Shown: piece by piece, positions 1 through 13,865 of the stretch
Position numbering within the stretch: the stretch's first letter is position 1
How the letters are laid out: each line of letters begins with the position of its first letter
DNA from: the human T2T-CHM13v2.0 reference genome, Homo sapiens
Length of the DNA stretch: 64,000 nt
Strand: one strand, 5' to 3'
Assembly: GCF_009914755.1 (NCBI RefSeq)
Contig: NC_060936.1
Position numbers and translations under genes: made by a program
The notes under the pieces: model-generated
The model's database searches: none
Told to the model about the DNA's origin: nothing
The model's input: only the letters and a program-made list of their open reading frames with translations

Positions 1-112
1 ACGGGGGTTTCACCGTGTTAGCCAGGATGGTCTCGATCTGTGGACCTCATGATCCACCCGCCTCGGCCTCCCAAAGTGCTGGGATTACAGGCGTGAGCCA
101 CCGCGCCCGGCC
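1..112 (-). mobile_element. Alu (AluY-like), 5' part of left monomer, cut by window edge
   Basis: Reverse complement of the Alu start: ...ccaaagtgctgggattacaggcgtgagccaccgcgcccggcc; gttagccaggatggtctcgatc is a Y/Sc-type motif. Confidence 0.95.
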
Positions 113-229
113 CTCAGAGGGAGTTTTAAAACAACTCGAGTCAAGTAGAAAATGCAAACATTTATATTTGCATTGTATCCATGTGCATGTTTATATGCAT
201 ATTTTGAACATTGTTTTAGAAAATCATCA

Positions 230-550
<321 letters not shown>

Positions 551-887
551 AAAATCAGCAATAATGAAAAGCTACACATCAGAACAAATGAGATAGAGAT
601 ACAACAGGACTCTGAAGAAAATTTATTACCTTAAATTTTTAGATAATTTTTTAAAAGGAATGAAAAATTAATTCAGCCAATAACCAAAATGTTGGTTAAA
701 AAATCATGTAAAACAAAATGCGGGAATTAATAAAAATACAAGCAAAAATGAAAGAGTTAGAAAATAAACTGCAGGCCTTCATGATTCTAAAGATAATGTA
801 TTTAACTGACTTTGATGGGAAAGTTTGCCATAGGAGAAGGAAAACTCAAAAGTCTGCTTGAGAAGTTAGCCTGTAATATGTGAAACA

Positions 888-1229
<342 letters not shown>

Positions 1230-1509
1230 TTAGAGACATTTTGTTTTGTTTCATTTTGTTTTTTATCATGGACCAGGAGGGTGACTTTTTCAGAAAAAGA
1301 GCTAGGCTTCTTAGTCTTAGTTTATATAACTGAGAGAAAAAAAAATAAAGAATATCTTTTTCATCAATACCATTATGTAACAAAACTAAAACGTAATAAC
1401 AATAGCAGTGTGTAGAAATATACAAATCACAGTGTCAGAGTGATAGTCTTGGGTGGTAGAACATTCTGCTTTCTCTACAATGAATATGTATTCTTTATGT
1501 AATAAAAAT

Positions 1510-2670
1510 TAAAATACGATTCCCTACTTCACAGCATACCCAGAAATCAATTCCAGATGAATTACAGATTTATATGTTAAAGAAAAAGAATAGACCTTTT
1601 AAGGAAAATGTAAGATAACATATGGGCCTTGGGAATAGGTAAAAATTTATTTAGAAAGATTCAAAACTGTCAACCAAAAATGATAAACTGGATTACAGTA
1701 AAATTGAGAACCTCTGTGCATCAGATACCATTTGGAGAGAGACAAGTATGTTGGAGAAATTATTTGTAATTATATAAAATGACAAAGAACTTCTTTCTAA
1801 ATAGAGAAACAAAGGAAAAAATAAGACATGGGATTTCTAAAGGAAAAATAACACATGGGATTATAGGAAAATTAAGAACTATTTTAAGTCACTGTCAAGA
1901 GAGTGAAAAGTGTGGGAGACCTATTTATCTAACAAAGATTTGTATCCAGAACATATTAGTAAAGGCTCCTCTACATTAAATAAAAGACAACCAAACAATA
2001 GTCAAAAGACTTTAAAAGACATTTCACAAACAGGATATAAAAATAGCAAATAAACATTGGAAAATTTACTCAAAACCATTAATCAAGATAATGCAAACAA
2101 AAAAAGCACATACCCACAGGCTGAATAAGTTTAAAAGACGGATAATATCAAATGGTGGCAACGACACCGTGCAACTGGAGCTCTCAGACACTGCTTAGTG
2201 GGGATGCAAATTGCTACAACCAGTTTGAGCTAAACCTAAAAACTACCCAAAAGCCAATCATCAGTAGAAAAGATCAAGAAATTGTGGTATATGTGCACAA
2301 TGGAATACTAGACAGAATGAAAATGTAAAATCTGCAGTTACATGCAACAATATAAATGAATGTCACAAAGAAACTGTTTAGAGAGAGACCCAGACCCCAC
2401 AAAAAAGGATAAATATTGCATGATTCCATATCTATACAATATACAAGAACAGAGAAAAATACTCTATGTCATTAGAAGTCCAGGTACTTGCTAACCCTTG
2501 GGATGCAAAGAATAGAAATTAGAGTGAAGTTAAGGGATTTTCTAAGATGGTAGAAGCATTCTGTTTCTTGATCTGGATTTTAGTTTTACAGGTGGGTTGT
2601 TTTGTGAAAGTTTATACATCTACACTCTTATGTTCATTTTTCTATGTGTGGGTATGTAATACTGTATTTT
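1510..2670 (+). mobile_element. Old L1 (L1ME-type), degenerate ORF2 end and 3' UTR
   Basis: Degenerate ORF2 motifs: gattccctacttcacagcatacccagaaatcaattccagatg, agacatttcacaaa, tggaatacta; boundaries approximate. Confidence 0.7.
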
Positions 2671-5600
2671 TATTTAATATGTTAATATTGAAAACACTTT
2701 TTTTTACTATATGGGAAAAGCTTAAAAGAACCTCAGGTAATTAAACATTAAAATAATCTTTGAGGGTAAATATTTATTTCCAGACACAACTTAATACAAA
2801 AATTGGAGCCTATAACTAGACTCTCACAATCCAAAAATATCAGGAAAATTCTGACAAAAATATCATCTATTGCTATTTATGAGTCACTTAACAATGTATT
2901 CAATTTTTCTTTATATTTCCTCCAAAGAACATGTTTGCATTTAATTAGAATACATTGTCAACTACATGGCGCTTAACTCATGAGTTAAAAAATAAAGAAA
3001 AAAGGAAATTAATAACTTTCCCTTGATTTTGAGGGATTCATTAATGATTCATTCATTTTCTTTTAAAATATGTAGCGCTGCTAAGTTTACTCAAGAGAAT
3101 GTAGACTCCTGATGGGTCTAATCATCATTTTCTATTTTATTTGAAACTTCTTGACTTTTTACACCATTTTGCATATTAAGGTCTATATCCTGTTGTACAG
3201 TATTATAGGATTATTTAGTAGAAGTATTTTTTCTGACACAATGGATTCACACAAAATACATCAATTGACTTCTATACAGAGTGATGTTTCTAGTCCAGGA
3301 AAAATGAAATATAAGTGGAACAGTCAACTGCTTTAGAGGAAATACATTTTTCTAAACAATTATACCATTGTTTCTGTTTAAATGGTTCTTATATTGGAAT
3401 TGTACAAAGCGTAATGAACTGATGCGTCTTGCTCCTGAAATTTGTCTTTTGGCAAAATGTTCTGGAAAGTAAGTTCTTGATATCTATGGTTTAAGGGCCA
3501 TATAAGTAAAGTGTTTCCTTCTATACAAAGTATTCAAGTAGTATATTCTGCATTTCAATTTGCTAATGAGACAAAATTTTAGCAGTCTGTTAGGGGTAGA
3601 AAAGGTTAAAAGAATTATTACCACTGAGATTTTTTTTTAATTCTACACTAAGGCAAAGATATATTGAACTGAGAAAAAGTAAAAATAATTGTATTTTAAG
3701 GAAGTGTTAAACAAAAAATAGACATTATGTGGCATTTAACTACTAGATGGTTTTGCTAGGGAAAAAAAATGGCAGAAGATTAGAGAACACAGGAGCCAGT
3801 CTTGGAGTTTGCCCCAGTGACCTGACTGAATGACAAATAATGTGGAACACCACCAACACAGGGAGAAAAAAAGGCAAGGAGACTTTAGCAAGCCAATGAA
3901 GGAAGGGAAGACATGGTTCCAAGGATAGAAGAAGAAAGGAGATACTCTCTCCCTATCCAGCTTAAGTTACAAAACTCTGGAAGCAATGGGAGGAGCTAAA
4001 ATTACAACTCTGTTCTGGCTGGGAAGGTGCCTGGAAATCCATCAGGCTAACATGATAATGATTGAATGGTTTAAATATAAGACTCTCTAATATGTTTGCA
4101 AAGAGCAAAGTAAATGCCTGCACTAAGGAGCAGGGATTTGCTGACTCTGAGCAAAAATTCATACAGGCTTTTTCATTCCAGTATACTTCACCACAGTTTT
4201 TCAAAAATAATAACTATTTATAACCAATATAGCCTAGTAAGAGTGATACTCAAGACATTGTCACACCAAAGAACATGTATGTCAAACCTCTCCTTCTTTT
4301 AAGGTCTCTGTTCTCTTACCTGTAAAATCAGAAGATTGGACTGGATAACTTCTGTGACCATTTACACACACGACATTTTATTTTTCTATAATTTTATGAT
4401 TTAGAATAAAGTATAAAATATACAAGACCACCTGGGAAGGGAAGAGGTTTCAGGCTAAAGAAGGACAATATGAATATTGAATCTTCATTATGAAGGGAGG
4501 GTAGCAAAAAATAGATGTTGCACTTTGGGATATTATATAGGAGCTTCAAGAAATACCTTGTTCCTTGATGAAACAAAGTAAGGTGGAAATAAAAAGCTGA
4601 AATCAATATTTTGGTATCCAAAAGAGGCCTACTAAGCTCAAATGAATTACATGTAGTCAATAAAGCTTTACAAACAGCTTAGAGAGAAAAGGGTGCATTA
4701 CATGGTTTCTTTTGAGAAATTTTGTAGATTATGCTCACTGACTTCTTTTGTTCCAACATTTTACACTGCACACATATATAGAGACTTAAGTATTAGGGTC
4801 ATTTTAAAAACTGAAATGAACTTATCAAAGTGCATGGTTTCTATTACTGAATATTCTCACCCTCACAAATCGAGATCAAAATTATATTTTATGTAAAGGA
4901 ATGTACTTTTTATAGAAAATTAAAATAAGATAAATCCCAATAAATAAATTAAGATAAATAAATTCAAATTCACAGGAATTACTTTGAAAATACACCAGCC
5001 AAAGGGATGCCTTACATAGTATTTCTTTACTTTCATGGTTTTCGTTTGTTTGTTTTTTTAAACAAAATTCACATTTTATTTAGATTGAAATAAACTACAC
5101 AAAATTGATTTTCTTCACCAAAAATAACAGCAATATTTTCCATATCTTTCTAGATAAACCTCAACACTTATTTTTGTAGGTTTTCCAGGTTTTTCTTATA
5201 AATCAACATGAGGCAGTAGATAAGAGTCATGGAAAAAGACAGAAAAAAAACAGACGAATCAGTTGTCAGTATCCATGGCCTCCGATTCTGCCTTCACCAT
5301 GAAACAGAAGTGTTCAACATATACCTGCTAAAAAGCTTAGGAGATGTAGGCTCCACAAAGGAATGTAAACAGCAACAACGAGATGTGGGAAAAAAACAGG
5401 CTCTTCCATTCAAACTTTAACTTTTGTTTGTTCCTTTAAGTTCATTTGAGAAAGGCAAAATCTACACTGAAGTCCTTGTTTGGAGAGCTCACAAGCTTTT
5501 CTCTGGTAATTTCTTGTAACTGTCCAGTATAGATTTTTAACATACTTAAAACTCCTATTAGTCAAAGGTCAGTTGTGGGCTTCACTGTAACATTTTATAA

Positions 5601-5902
5601 AATGTATTCCTTCCTCCCATACCTCTTCAAAATATATTTCTTCAAAGAATTCATAACACCCAACGAGTAGAGATCCACAGTGATAATAAATGCTATGTCT
5701 AAAATGACTTAACTAAAACAATTCCAGAGTGCCGCTAGCAGAGATCACACAGAAGGAAACATGGCACTTTCAGTGTTCTCTTCTGGAAGAACAGATAGGT
5801 CTTCAAAGCATGAGAGTTCAAACAGGGGCCATTTAAACAGGTAGATTATCAATGGCTAATGTATTCAGTGGAGTCCTATAGGCAAAGATATTTAGTGATT
5901 AA

Positions 5903-6254
<352 letters not shown>

Positions 6255-6279
6255 AGGAAAACCTATTTTTAAAAGTCTC

Positions 6280-8550
6280 TTACGTATTTTCCACAGTTTC
6301 TGAATTATCTGTGGGAAGCTCTGACTTACTTGTATAGAGTTTAACGTATGTGTCCACCATTAAATCCAGGTCATTTTTTATATCAAAATTTATGTTAAGC
6401 AAAGCCAAGTTACTCGACCTTTGGTCTGTCAAAGTGTTCCCCAAATAGGCCTTAAGACGCTTTCATCCGTTTTCATACTGCTCATTCTCAACCTTCATCA
6501 CAGGACCTTCAGCAATGCATACACATTAGGAAAAAAATGTCAGGCATGTGGAGGGCTTCATAGATGGTGGATGGAAGCTGTATATTTTTCCTCCTGTGTT
6601 TCCATTTGATTCTCCAACAATGAAGCTCGGCTGAGACCATGTTGGGATTGGGTAAGTCACTACTATACAGGTCAGCATGGTGTTCCTCCAACGTATTGAC
6701 TTTGAGTTGTCCCATGACTGAGGGTACCAGAGATAAGCATTTAAGAGCTTTGAGGTGCTGTTCTGAGAATATGTCTTTAAGTTCCTGAATAATGTGCTCC
6801 ACTGTTGGGACACTTAGGATTTCTTTATAGTAACTCTCAGAGGTTAGCTGAGATTCCAAGTTACCCTGGTGAGCTCTGCGGAATGTCCTAGGGAGTTTCA
6901 TTTGAATATCAAGTTTGGTTGCCAAATTTGTGGCTTCCTCAAACCAAAATTCATGATAAACTTCAATATTTTCCATCACTTCGTTGAGTGAATGCAATAC
7001 TGCAGTCAAGCCACCGGCTGCAAAGAAGACATCAGAGGTTTGCGCCTGGAGGTTTTTCCGAAAGGCTCTTGTAAAAGATAGGACACTTTTAAGAACAACA
7101 ATAGCAACAATGAAATCAAAATCTGTTACTGCACTGCAGAGTACAAATGCTTGGCCAGTTATACAGTTATTCCATTAATATTTGTGTCACTATTTCTACC
7201 ATCTAAACATAAAACAAGTGCTTGCAGGAGTTCCACTAAAATTTCAAAAGCATTAGGCCTGCCTGTCCACTGAGAATGGCAGATTTCCTTCAGTTCTTTA
7301 CCCCTTTCTTTACTATTCTGAAAAAAAAAAACAACCAGAAATTACATTGTCAAGTTCTAAAAGCAGTTGTGGTGATCCATGGAAAAAAGAACACACTTCC
7401 TCAGTTGTTCCTAATGCAACAGATACTCCCATAACAGGTACTGATTTTGCCAACCACATATTTAAGGCACAGGAAGAGTAGATTGTGTGGATAGCTTGGG
7501 GATATTTCTTTAAAAGTCTGGAAGCAACAATTTTCATTTTGGAAGAAAATCCACTAGACACAATGTAAGCCTGGTCACGACAATACTCCATATTTAATCC
7601 CCACTTCTCAGTTATCATAGTGTGAAATTTCACAGCCATAATTTCTGCTTCAGCTTCATAAGGCAGGAAGCCTACAAATTCCTCTCATAGGTTATGAGAT
7701 TCATCAACAAACCTCACCAACACAGGTAGGTGCTCTTCCTCTGATGTCCACTATGTCGTCAATGACAATGGAAAAGAAGTGTGAGTCTCTCACTTCCCTG
7801 AGAGTTTCTTCTCCAATACAGTTCTCACAGATCTCTAGAACTGCCTCTGCTGTGTTTTTGAACAAAACAACATTTTAACGGCTGTTGTCTCAAACCGCTT
7901 TCTCAGAACCTCTTCACCAGAATTTATTCCGCACTCCAGCAGTGCTTGAAAGTTATCTGGAGTAGAGACCTTCTGGGATTTCATCAGCCTCATGTCCATC
8001 CAGAGGTATGTTTTGCCTTCCCATCAGAATCAAGATTTCAAATAGAGATTTTAGGTATTCCTTGTTTTCCTTCTCTTCAAGGGTTAGAGGCAAAATGTCC
8101 TCATCTTGCCCTTCACCCTCTTCTTCACTGGGATTCTGAGCATTGCTATTGTTGGTTTCTTTCTGTTTTTGTTCCTGCTCAGAAGTTTCATCAATTTTTT
8201 TTTCTGTTTCAGTGTCCTGATTTCGTCTTCACTCAGTTTTTTATTTGTTTTCTGTGTCTACTACGTGGGTTGTTCAAATGACTGGTAAGATCAAATATTG
8301 TTGATATTGCATTATCTCGAAGAACTGTCCTATAAGGACTAGTTCTACAAATCATAGAGGTCGCAAAATGTTTGGCACATAATCGATAACGTTTATTTAG
8401 CTGATCATGTGTTTTACCTTCTAAATCTGCTCTCCTACAATTCTCTACCCACTTCTGGCATCTGGCCGGGTACCGCGGGAACCTGAAGAAGGCCACGTCG
8501 GACTGTGTGCTCTTCCGCATGCGGTTGAGGGCAGCGCAGAAGTTGGGCAC
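6280..8550 (-). pseudogene. THAP12: Disrupted THAP12 coding remnant (THAP zinc finger plus hAT-transposase-derived region)
   Basis: Start codon is GTG (8548-8550); ends ...ETVENT TAA (6280-6282); broken by frameshifts and stops into 8233-8550, 7313-7639, 6509-7009; the second THAP Cys (parent AAPNC) reads AALNR. Confidence 0.95.
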
Positions 8551-8700
8551 CGTAGCCCGCCCGCCGGCCGGCCCAGCCCTGCCATGCCCGCCTCCTCAGG
8601 GGAGTACGCCCGCGCATCGGTGCCGGAGAGGGGAGCCAGGCTGGCCTGCCGGCCGGCTCATCAGGGCCGACGCGCGGGGGAGGGGCGGGCAAGCGAGAAG
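8461..8700. promoter_or_regulatory. Short CpG-rich island carried in with the pseudogene 5' end, with a GC box
   Basis: About 27 CpGs in 240 bp (hand count) in otherwise CpG-poor DNA; ggggcggg at 8682-8689; activity unproven. Confidence 0.5.
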
Positions 8701-9529
8701 CCTACTTTCATGGTTTTGTATAAATAAGTGCTATTGTAACTTTCCCTGTCCTTTGAGATGATGCTAAGAATAATACACAAAGATTGTTTGTATACAAAAT
8801 AGAAATGTTGTTTCAACGCAGACCAGATATTGTCATCTCTCAACATCATCTTTTCTTGATTCTTCCAGAAGAAAACAGAAGTTTTCACAGACACACTGAG
8901 CTTGTGCCATATAAACTTGTAAACATTGAAAATACCTAGATTCCCATTTCCTTGAATAAATACAAGATAAGGAGCGGCAGGCTCAGTCATCTATTTTAGA
9001 GTGGTTCACCATGATTGTGGATCAGACCTCACCGCATCAAAATATTTATTGATTATTCTTATTTGTGCTTTTTCTCATCTAATGTAAGCTATAGTGAATG
9101 TAGGAGGAGTAGAGAGCCCAAACCACATCTGTCAGTAAGATCAGCCATGATTCTGCAATTTTTGTTACAAAGTACCACATGTGAATTTACTTAAATCCTC
9201 TCTCTCTTAACTGTGTCTCTATTTTGATTTCATACAGTTGTCAGGGTTTTGTTTTTTCCAGAGTAGCTCCTAAATGAAGCATATTGAGAATTATCTATTT
9301 GCGATCTCCCCTTTCCCTCTTTCTCCCTGTTTTTCTCTCTCTCTTTGTTTTAAATACGGGAACACCTATAAGGATATACCCACCTCTGTGGGATTGGTTT
9401 ATCACACTGGAATATAGAAAAAAAATTCTTCCAACTTGTTGTTTCATTAAAGCTGCTAGGATGGTTCATTTTAAGAGGCTATCTTTAAAAAATTGGGGAA
9501 AAGGTTAAAATATGAGTTAAAATTGGATT

Positions 9530-9945
9530 ACTTAAGAGCCAGAATATTTCTGGAAGGACCATTAGTCAACTAAGAATGGGGAAGAGGTAAAATAAAATGA
9601 AGAGTGATAATATCTACTGGATTTCACAAAAAGAGAATCATCCATGATGTTAGTGGACCCATTACTGTGAAACGAGTAGATCGTACACCAGGAAGCAAGG
9701 CAGGTTGATACAATGAGCACAGACACGTATTTCAGAAACTGAGTTACGGAGAGAGCATGAGCTCTGGGAGACATATGGTTGAAGAACTTTTTAAAGATAA
9801 AAGTGTCTTGAGAATATTTAAAAGCCAATGGAATAGAGAAGGAGCAGTTGAAGTTTCAGGAATGAAACAGGAGTAAAGATAGTATTCTGTAAAGTGGTAG
9901 ATGGATTGGTCTTGGGCAAAAAGAGAGACATCCAGTCAGTAAAAG
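9530..9945. mobile_element. Degenerate L2-like fragment
   Basis: Purine-rich ancient-repeat pattern; approximate. Confidence 0.4.
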
Positions 9946-9947
9946 GA

Positions 9948-10152
9948 TGGTTTATTTCATGTAACATAATGACCTCCAGTTCTGTCCATGTTGTTGCAAA
10001 TGACTGAATCTCATTCTTTTTTATGGCTGAATAGTACTCCATTGCATATAAGTGCAATATTTTCTTTAACCATTCATCTGTTGATGGACACAAGTTGCTT
10101 CCAAATCTTGGCCATTGTGAATAGCAATGCAATATACATAAGAGTGCAGTTA
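9948..10152 (-). mobile_element. L1MA-type fragment (ORF2 C-terminal end)
   Basis: Minus-strand translation [37 protein letters not shown]. Confidence 0.88.
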
Positions 10153-11197
10153 TCACTTAAGTAGAGGATATATTTTTAACACAGATATTTGGAAGAAATT
10201 CTTAATTCTTAATACTCTTCATTATTCCCCAATATTATAATATGAAAGGAATAAAGAGCAAACACCACCACACACGTAGAACTTCAAAGAATGCTACACA
10301 CAGAAAAAGTAATGGTTGCTAAATATTACTACGTGACAAGCAATCACCTAAGATTCTTTGGAGAGAAGTTCCTTCTAAGGGAATTGGCAGGATGCATCTC
10401 CAGTGATAGAGAACAAAGGGGAATCTTTGGATAGATTGGTTGGAACATTCAGATGGCATCTCATTCTCTAGCTGGATGCTTTCTAAGCTACATAAACTAT
10501 TTGGATCATCCAAGGCTATTTCAAGAATGAAGCATGATAGTCTTTGAGAGAACCTAATAAATCCATGGAGTTTGGAGAGCAGAGGGTCTAGGTGTGTGGC
10601 TCTCACGTGGAGCAGTCTGAGGGTGGCATATGATTGCAGTTGCCTTTGGTTGCCAAGTGAATAGAGAGGAAAGGGAAGGAGTGGGAATGGCCAGCTTGCA
10701 TTTCCAGAGTTTCACAGGACTAGTCTGCATGAGTTCTGGGGGACCAAATGAATGTCATTGAAATAAGCCTGACTCCAGTTGGAGAGAGTTGTCTGCCTAA
10801 CACCTGCCTAGGAGAGTTGTCTCATGGGAAACGGGGGACCAGGAGAGAAAGGTTGTGTAGGGTCTACCTCCAAGACAGAGGCCTGAAAACCTGAAGGTTT
10901 CCCTGCAAAGTAAGCTAGAGAGAGTATCACCTATGACAGAGAATGATAATGTAGAAGTCCCCGAAGCCTTTAGATGCGTATCTCAGAGGTAGTCCAAAAA
11001 GAGCCTGCGTCAAAGAAAAAGCAATATTTGGGCATCTGCCCTACAGAAGGCCCCAGCAGCCAGATAACAACAGGAGCTTCCGTCAAACAGCAGTCGTTTT
11101 CCTCCTATTGACCTCCAAAATTATTTTCTGATCAGCTCTCTTTGAATTCAGCCTGTTTAACCAACTGCTTTCCTCTTAATTTGCAGTAGTTTCTTGA

Positions 11198-11536
<339 letters not shown>

Positions 11537-11600
11537 TCTAGCAGCTCTTTATGCAACATTTTCAATGCTGTCAATATTTTTTTAGAAAATATTGCCTCCA

Positions 11601-11905
11601 GGTCAGACACTGTGACTCACGTCTGTAATCCCAGCATTTTGAGAGGCCAAGGTGGGCAGGAGTTGAACCCAGGAGTTCAAGACCAGCCTGGGTAACATGG
11701 TAAAAATGCATCTGTACAAAAAGACAAAGAAAATTAGTCAGGTCTGCAGTCTCAGCTACTCGGGAGGCTGAGGTGGGAGAATTCCTGAGCCCAGGAAGTC
11801 GAGGCTGCAGTGAGCCATGATCACACCACTGTACTTCAGCCTGGGGGATGAAAGTGAGACCCCATCTCAGAAACAAAAACAAATAAACAAACAAAAACCC
11901 AGAAA
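11601..11905 (+). mobile_element. AluJ-like
   Basis: cccaggagttcaagaccagcctggg, gaggctgcagtgagccatgatc; flanking repeat agaaaatattgc at 11584-11595 and 11906-11917. Confidence 0.92.
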
Positions 11906-13409
11906 AGAAAATATTGCTTACTTTCTCAGATACCTGGCCCCTCCCAATTAAGACTTAACTCTTCAGTATTCATATATGGGATTCAATAATCTTTTCCTTT
12001 TATTCACTTTCCAACAAAAAAGCATTTTGAATAGTATTAGGAGCCACTTTGAAGGGGAACATTTTAAAGGATCTTTAGGAATACATTTTGTTCCCCCAAA
12101 GTTCTGTGACCATGCAATTTTATTTCCCCAAACTGTCCATGGGTGTCACAACTCTCTGTCTATGTCAGTCTCTCAATCTGAAGTGTTTCCATAGCCCCAA
12201 TCAAAATCCAACCCACCCTTCAAAGCTCAGCTCAAATATCACCTCTTCTTAAAATTGTTATCTGATTCCCACAGTTGGAATCAGTTAGTCCTTAGCCTGC
12301 ATTCCCCTGACCTTTTCTGTATTCTTTTGGTTTTGATCTTATTTCATTCTGTTTTATATTATAGTTATGCAGCATGGGCATCAGGCAAAGCCCAAAATAT
12401 ACATCCACTGTAAATTTCCAACATATCAAGGAATAAAAGAAAAGAACTTGGGAGATTCTAGTTGCATGCAAACTAAACAGCCCACTTGAAAGAAGTTTCT
12501 GAGACCCTTGAACAAATAACAGGGTCAAACAAACCTCCCACTCTGTAGGGAGTGAGGTCTTGAGATGGACCTGAGTGCACAATGTGGAAGAACTAGAACT
12601 GTACTGGGGCACTAGCAGAAGTATGTCAGGGATGAACTCAAGGAATCAAACAATAGTTAAAATTACCAGCACCCAACAATGGGTTTGGAAGCCTCAGGTG
12701 AAGAATTTTTAAAAACTGAGCCTAATAAAGTGTTTTTATCTCTAGAAAATTGCAAGGGATACTATTTAGGAGCTGGTTAGGAGTTACTTCACTGGAGAGA
12801 AGAAGGCTATTTCTTACCTAAGCTGAAGATGAAAGTGATGGAAAAGAGAAAGTATCAACAAGTGTGATAATATGGGCATGAGACCAAAGAGAAAATGACA
12901 AATCCAAGTCATAGCAGTCAGCTTGAATGAGTGTGGTTAGGGACCGAACAATAAAGTGTGTGGGGTCAGTGTGTGTACAGGCAGAAGAAGTGGGACCAAC
13001 AGGGCAGCTGTGACCGTGATGTTGTGGTGTCAGCAGCAGGGCCCTCAGATGAATTAGAGAATTCAGAATTACAGAAACAACCACATGTGGCTACAGTGAG
13101 GACATTCCAAAAGTCACAAGAAGCATTCATAAACCACTCCACCAAGGCAAGGGGTTTGAATTTGAGTTTTAGCTACTGCTCACTCCTATATCACAACACA
13201 GAAGAAACTGTACATAAGAGTTTACAATTGTAGACAATTAATAAATATGAATTGAATAAATAATAAACATATTGTCATTTTCTGCTGGAAATTCTACGAC
13301 CAGTTCTTGGAAAACAGCATATCCAGCAATTCTCATTTTCTCACTATATCCTTAATTTTCCATATAGTTGCCATCTACGTTTTTGCATGCTGAACATGCC
13401 TCTTTCTCC

Positions 13410-13765
13410 TTCCTCTAGTAAATGCAACTCCCTTCTTTTGGGAAACTGGTTCTTCCCTGGTCCAACTATTTGACACTGGTGAGGCTGCCAGTTGTAGACA
13501 CACGAACAAGCCTCACAATCTCAACAGTATCCTGTTGTGTTAGCAACAGAGATTGGTGTCAAGGATAGATATAAGACTGAGATGTGGTTAATCAGAATTA
13601 TTAAATAGGAGTATTATATATGGAATAAGGTAGAGAGAAGCCCTGTCTTTGCTCAGAGTCATGAAATTGTCATGTTTACAACCTCGGAGCGGCTGCTACC
13701 CATCGTGTTCTCAATCATGTGGGGAAAGCCTGTTTGAAGGAGGGGAGAATGAAGGACAGCAAGGA
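13410..13765. mobile_element. Old MaLR (MLT1-type) LTR fragment
   Basis: Degenerate MLT1-like motifs (gctgctacccatc...catgtggggaaagcctgtttgaag); approximate. Confidence 0.4.
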
Positions 13766-13776
13766 CAATCTTAGGG

Positions 13777-13865
13777 GTGTGTGTGTGTGTGTGTATGTGT
13801 GTGTGAGAGAGAGAGAGAGCACGAGAGGGAAAAGGGAGGGAGGAAGAGAGAGAGAAAGAAAGAAA
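13777..13865. repeat. Compound (TG)n(AG)n microsatellite and purine tract
   Basis: gtgtgtgtgtgtgtgtatgtgtgtgtgagagagagagagagc... Confidence 0.9.

Noticed and set aside
1812-1870. Imperfect ~27-bp tandem duplication
   Set aside because: Ordinary slippage inside a decayed L1
3380-3475. Possible exon ending at a gtaagt donor near 3468
   Set aside because: No convincing acceptor and no recognisable peptide
6280-8550. Active THAP/hAT DNA transposase or DNA transposon
   Set aside because: No terminal inverted repeats; 15-bp TSD and polyA show retroposition; frameshifts, GTG start and a lost zinc ligand
8661-8990. 109-aa minus-strand ORF running into the pseudogene 5' end
   Set aside because: Crosses the TSD, no recognisable domain, and stops before the THAP frame begins
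10320-11090. GC-richer block, possibly an ancient LTR
   Set aside because: Could not assign termini or family from sequence alone
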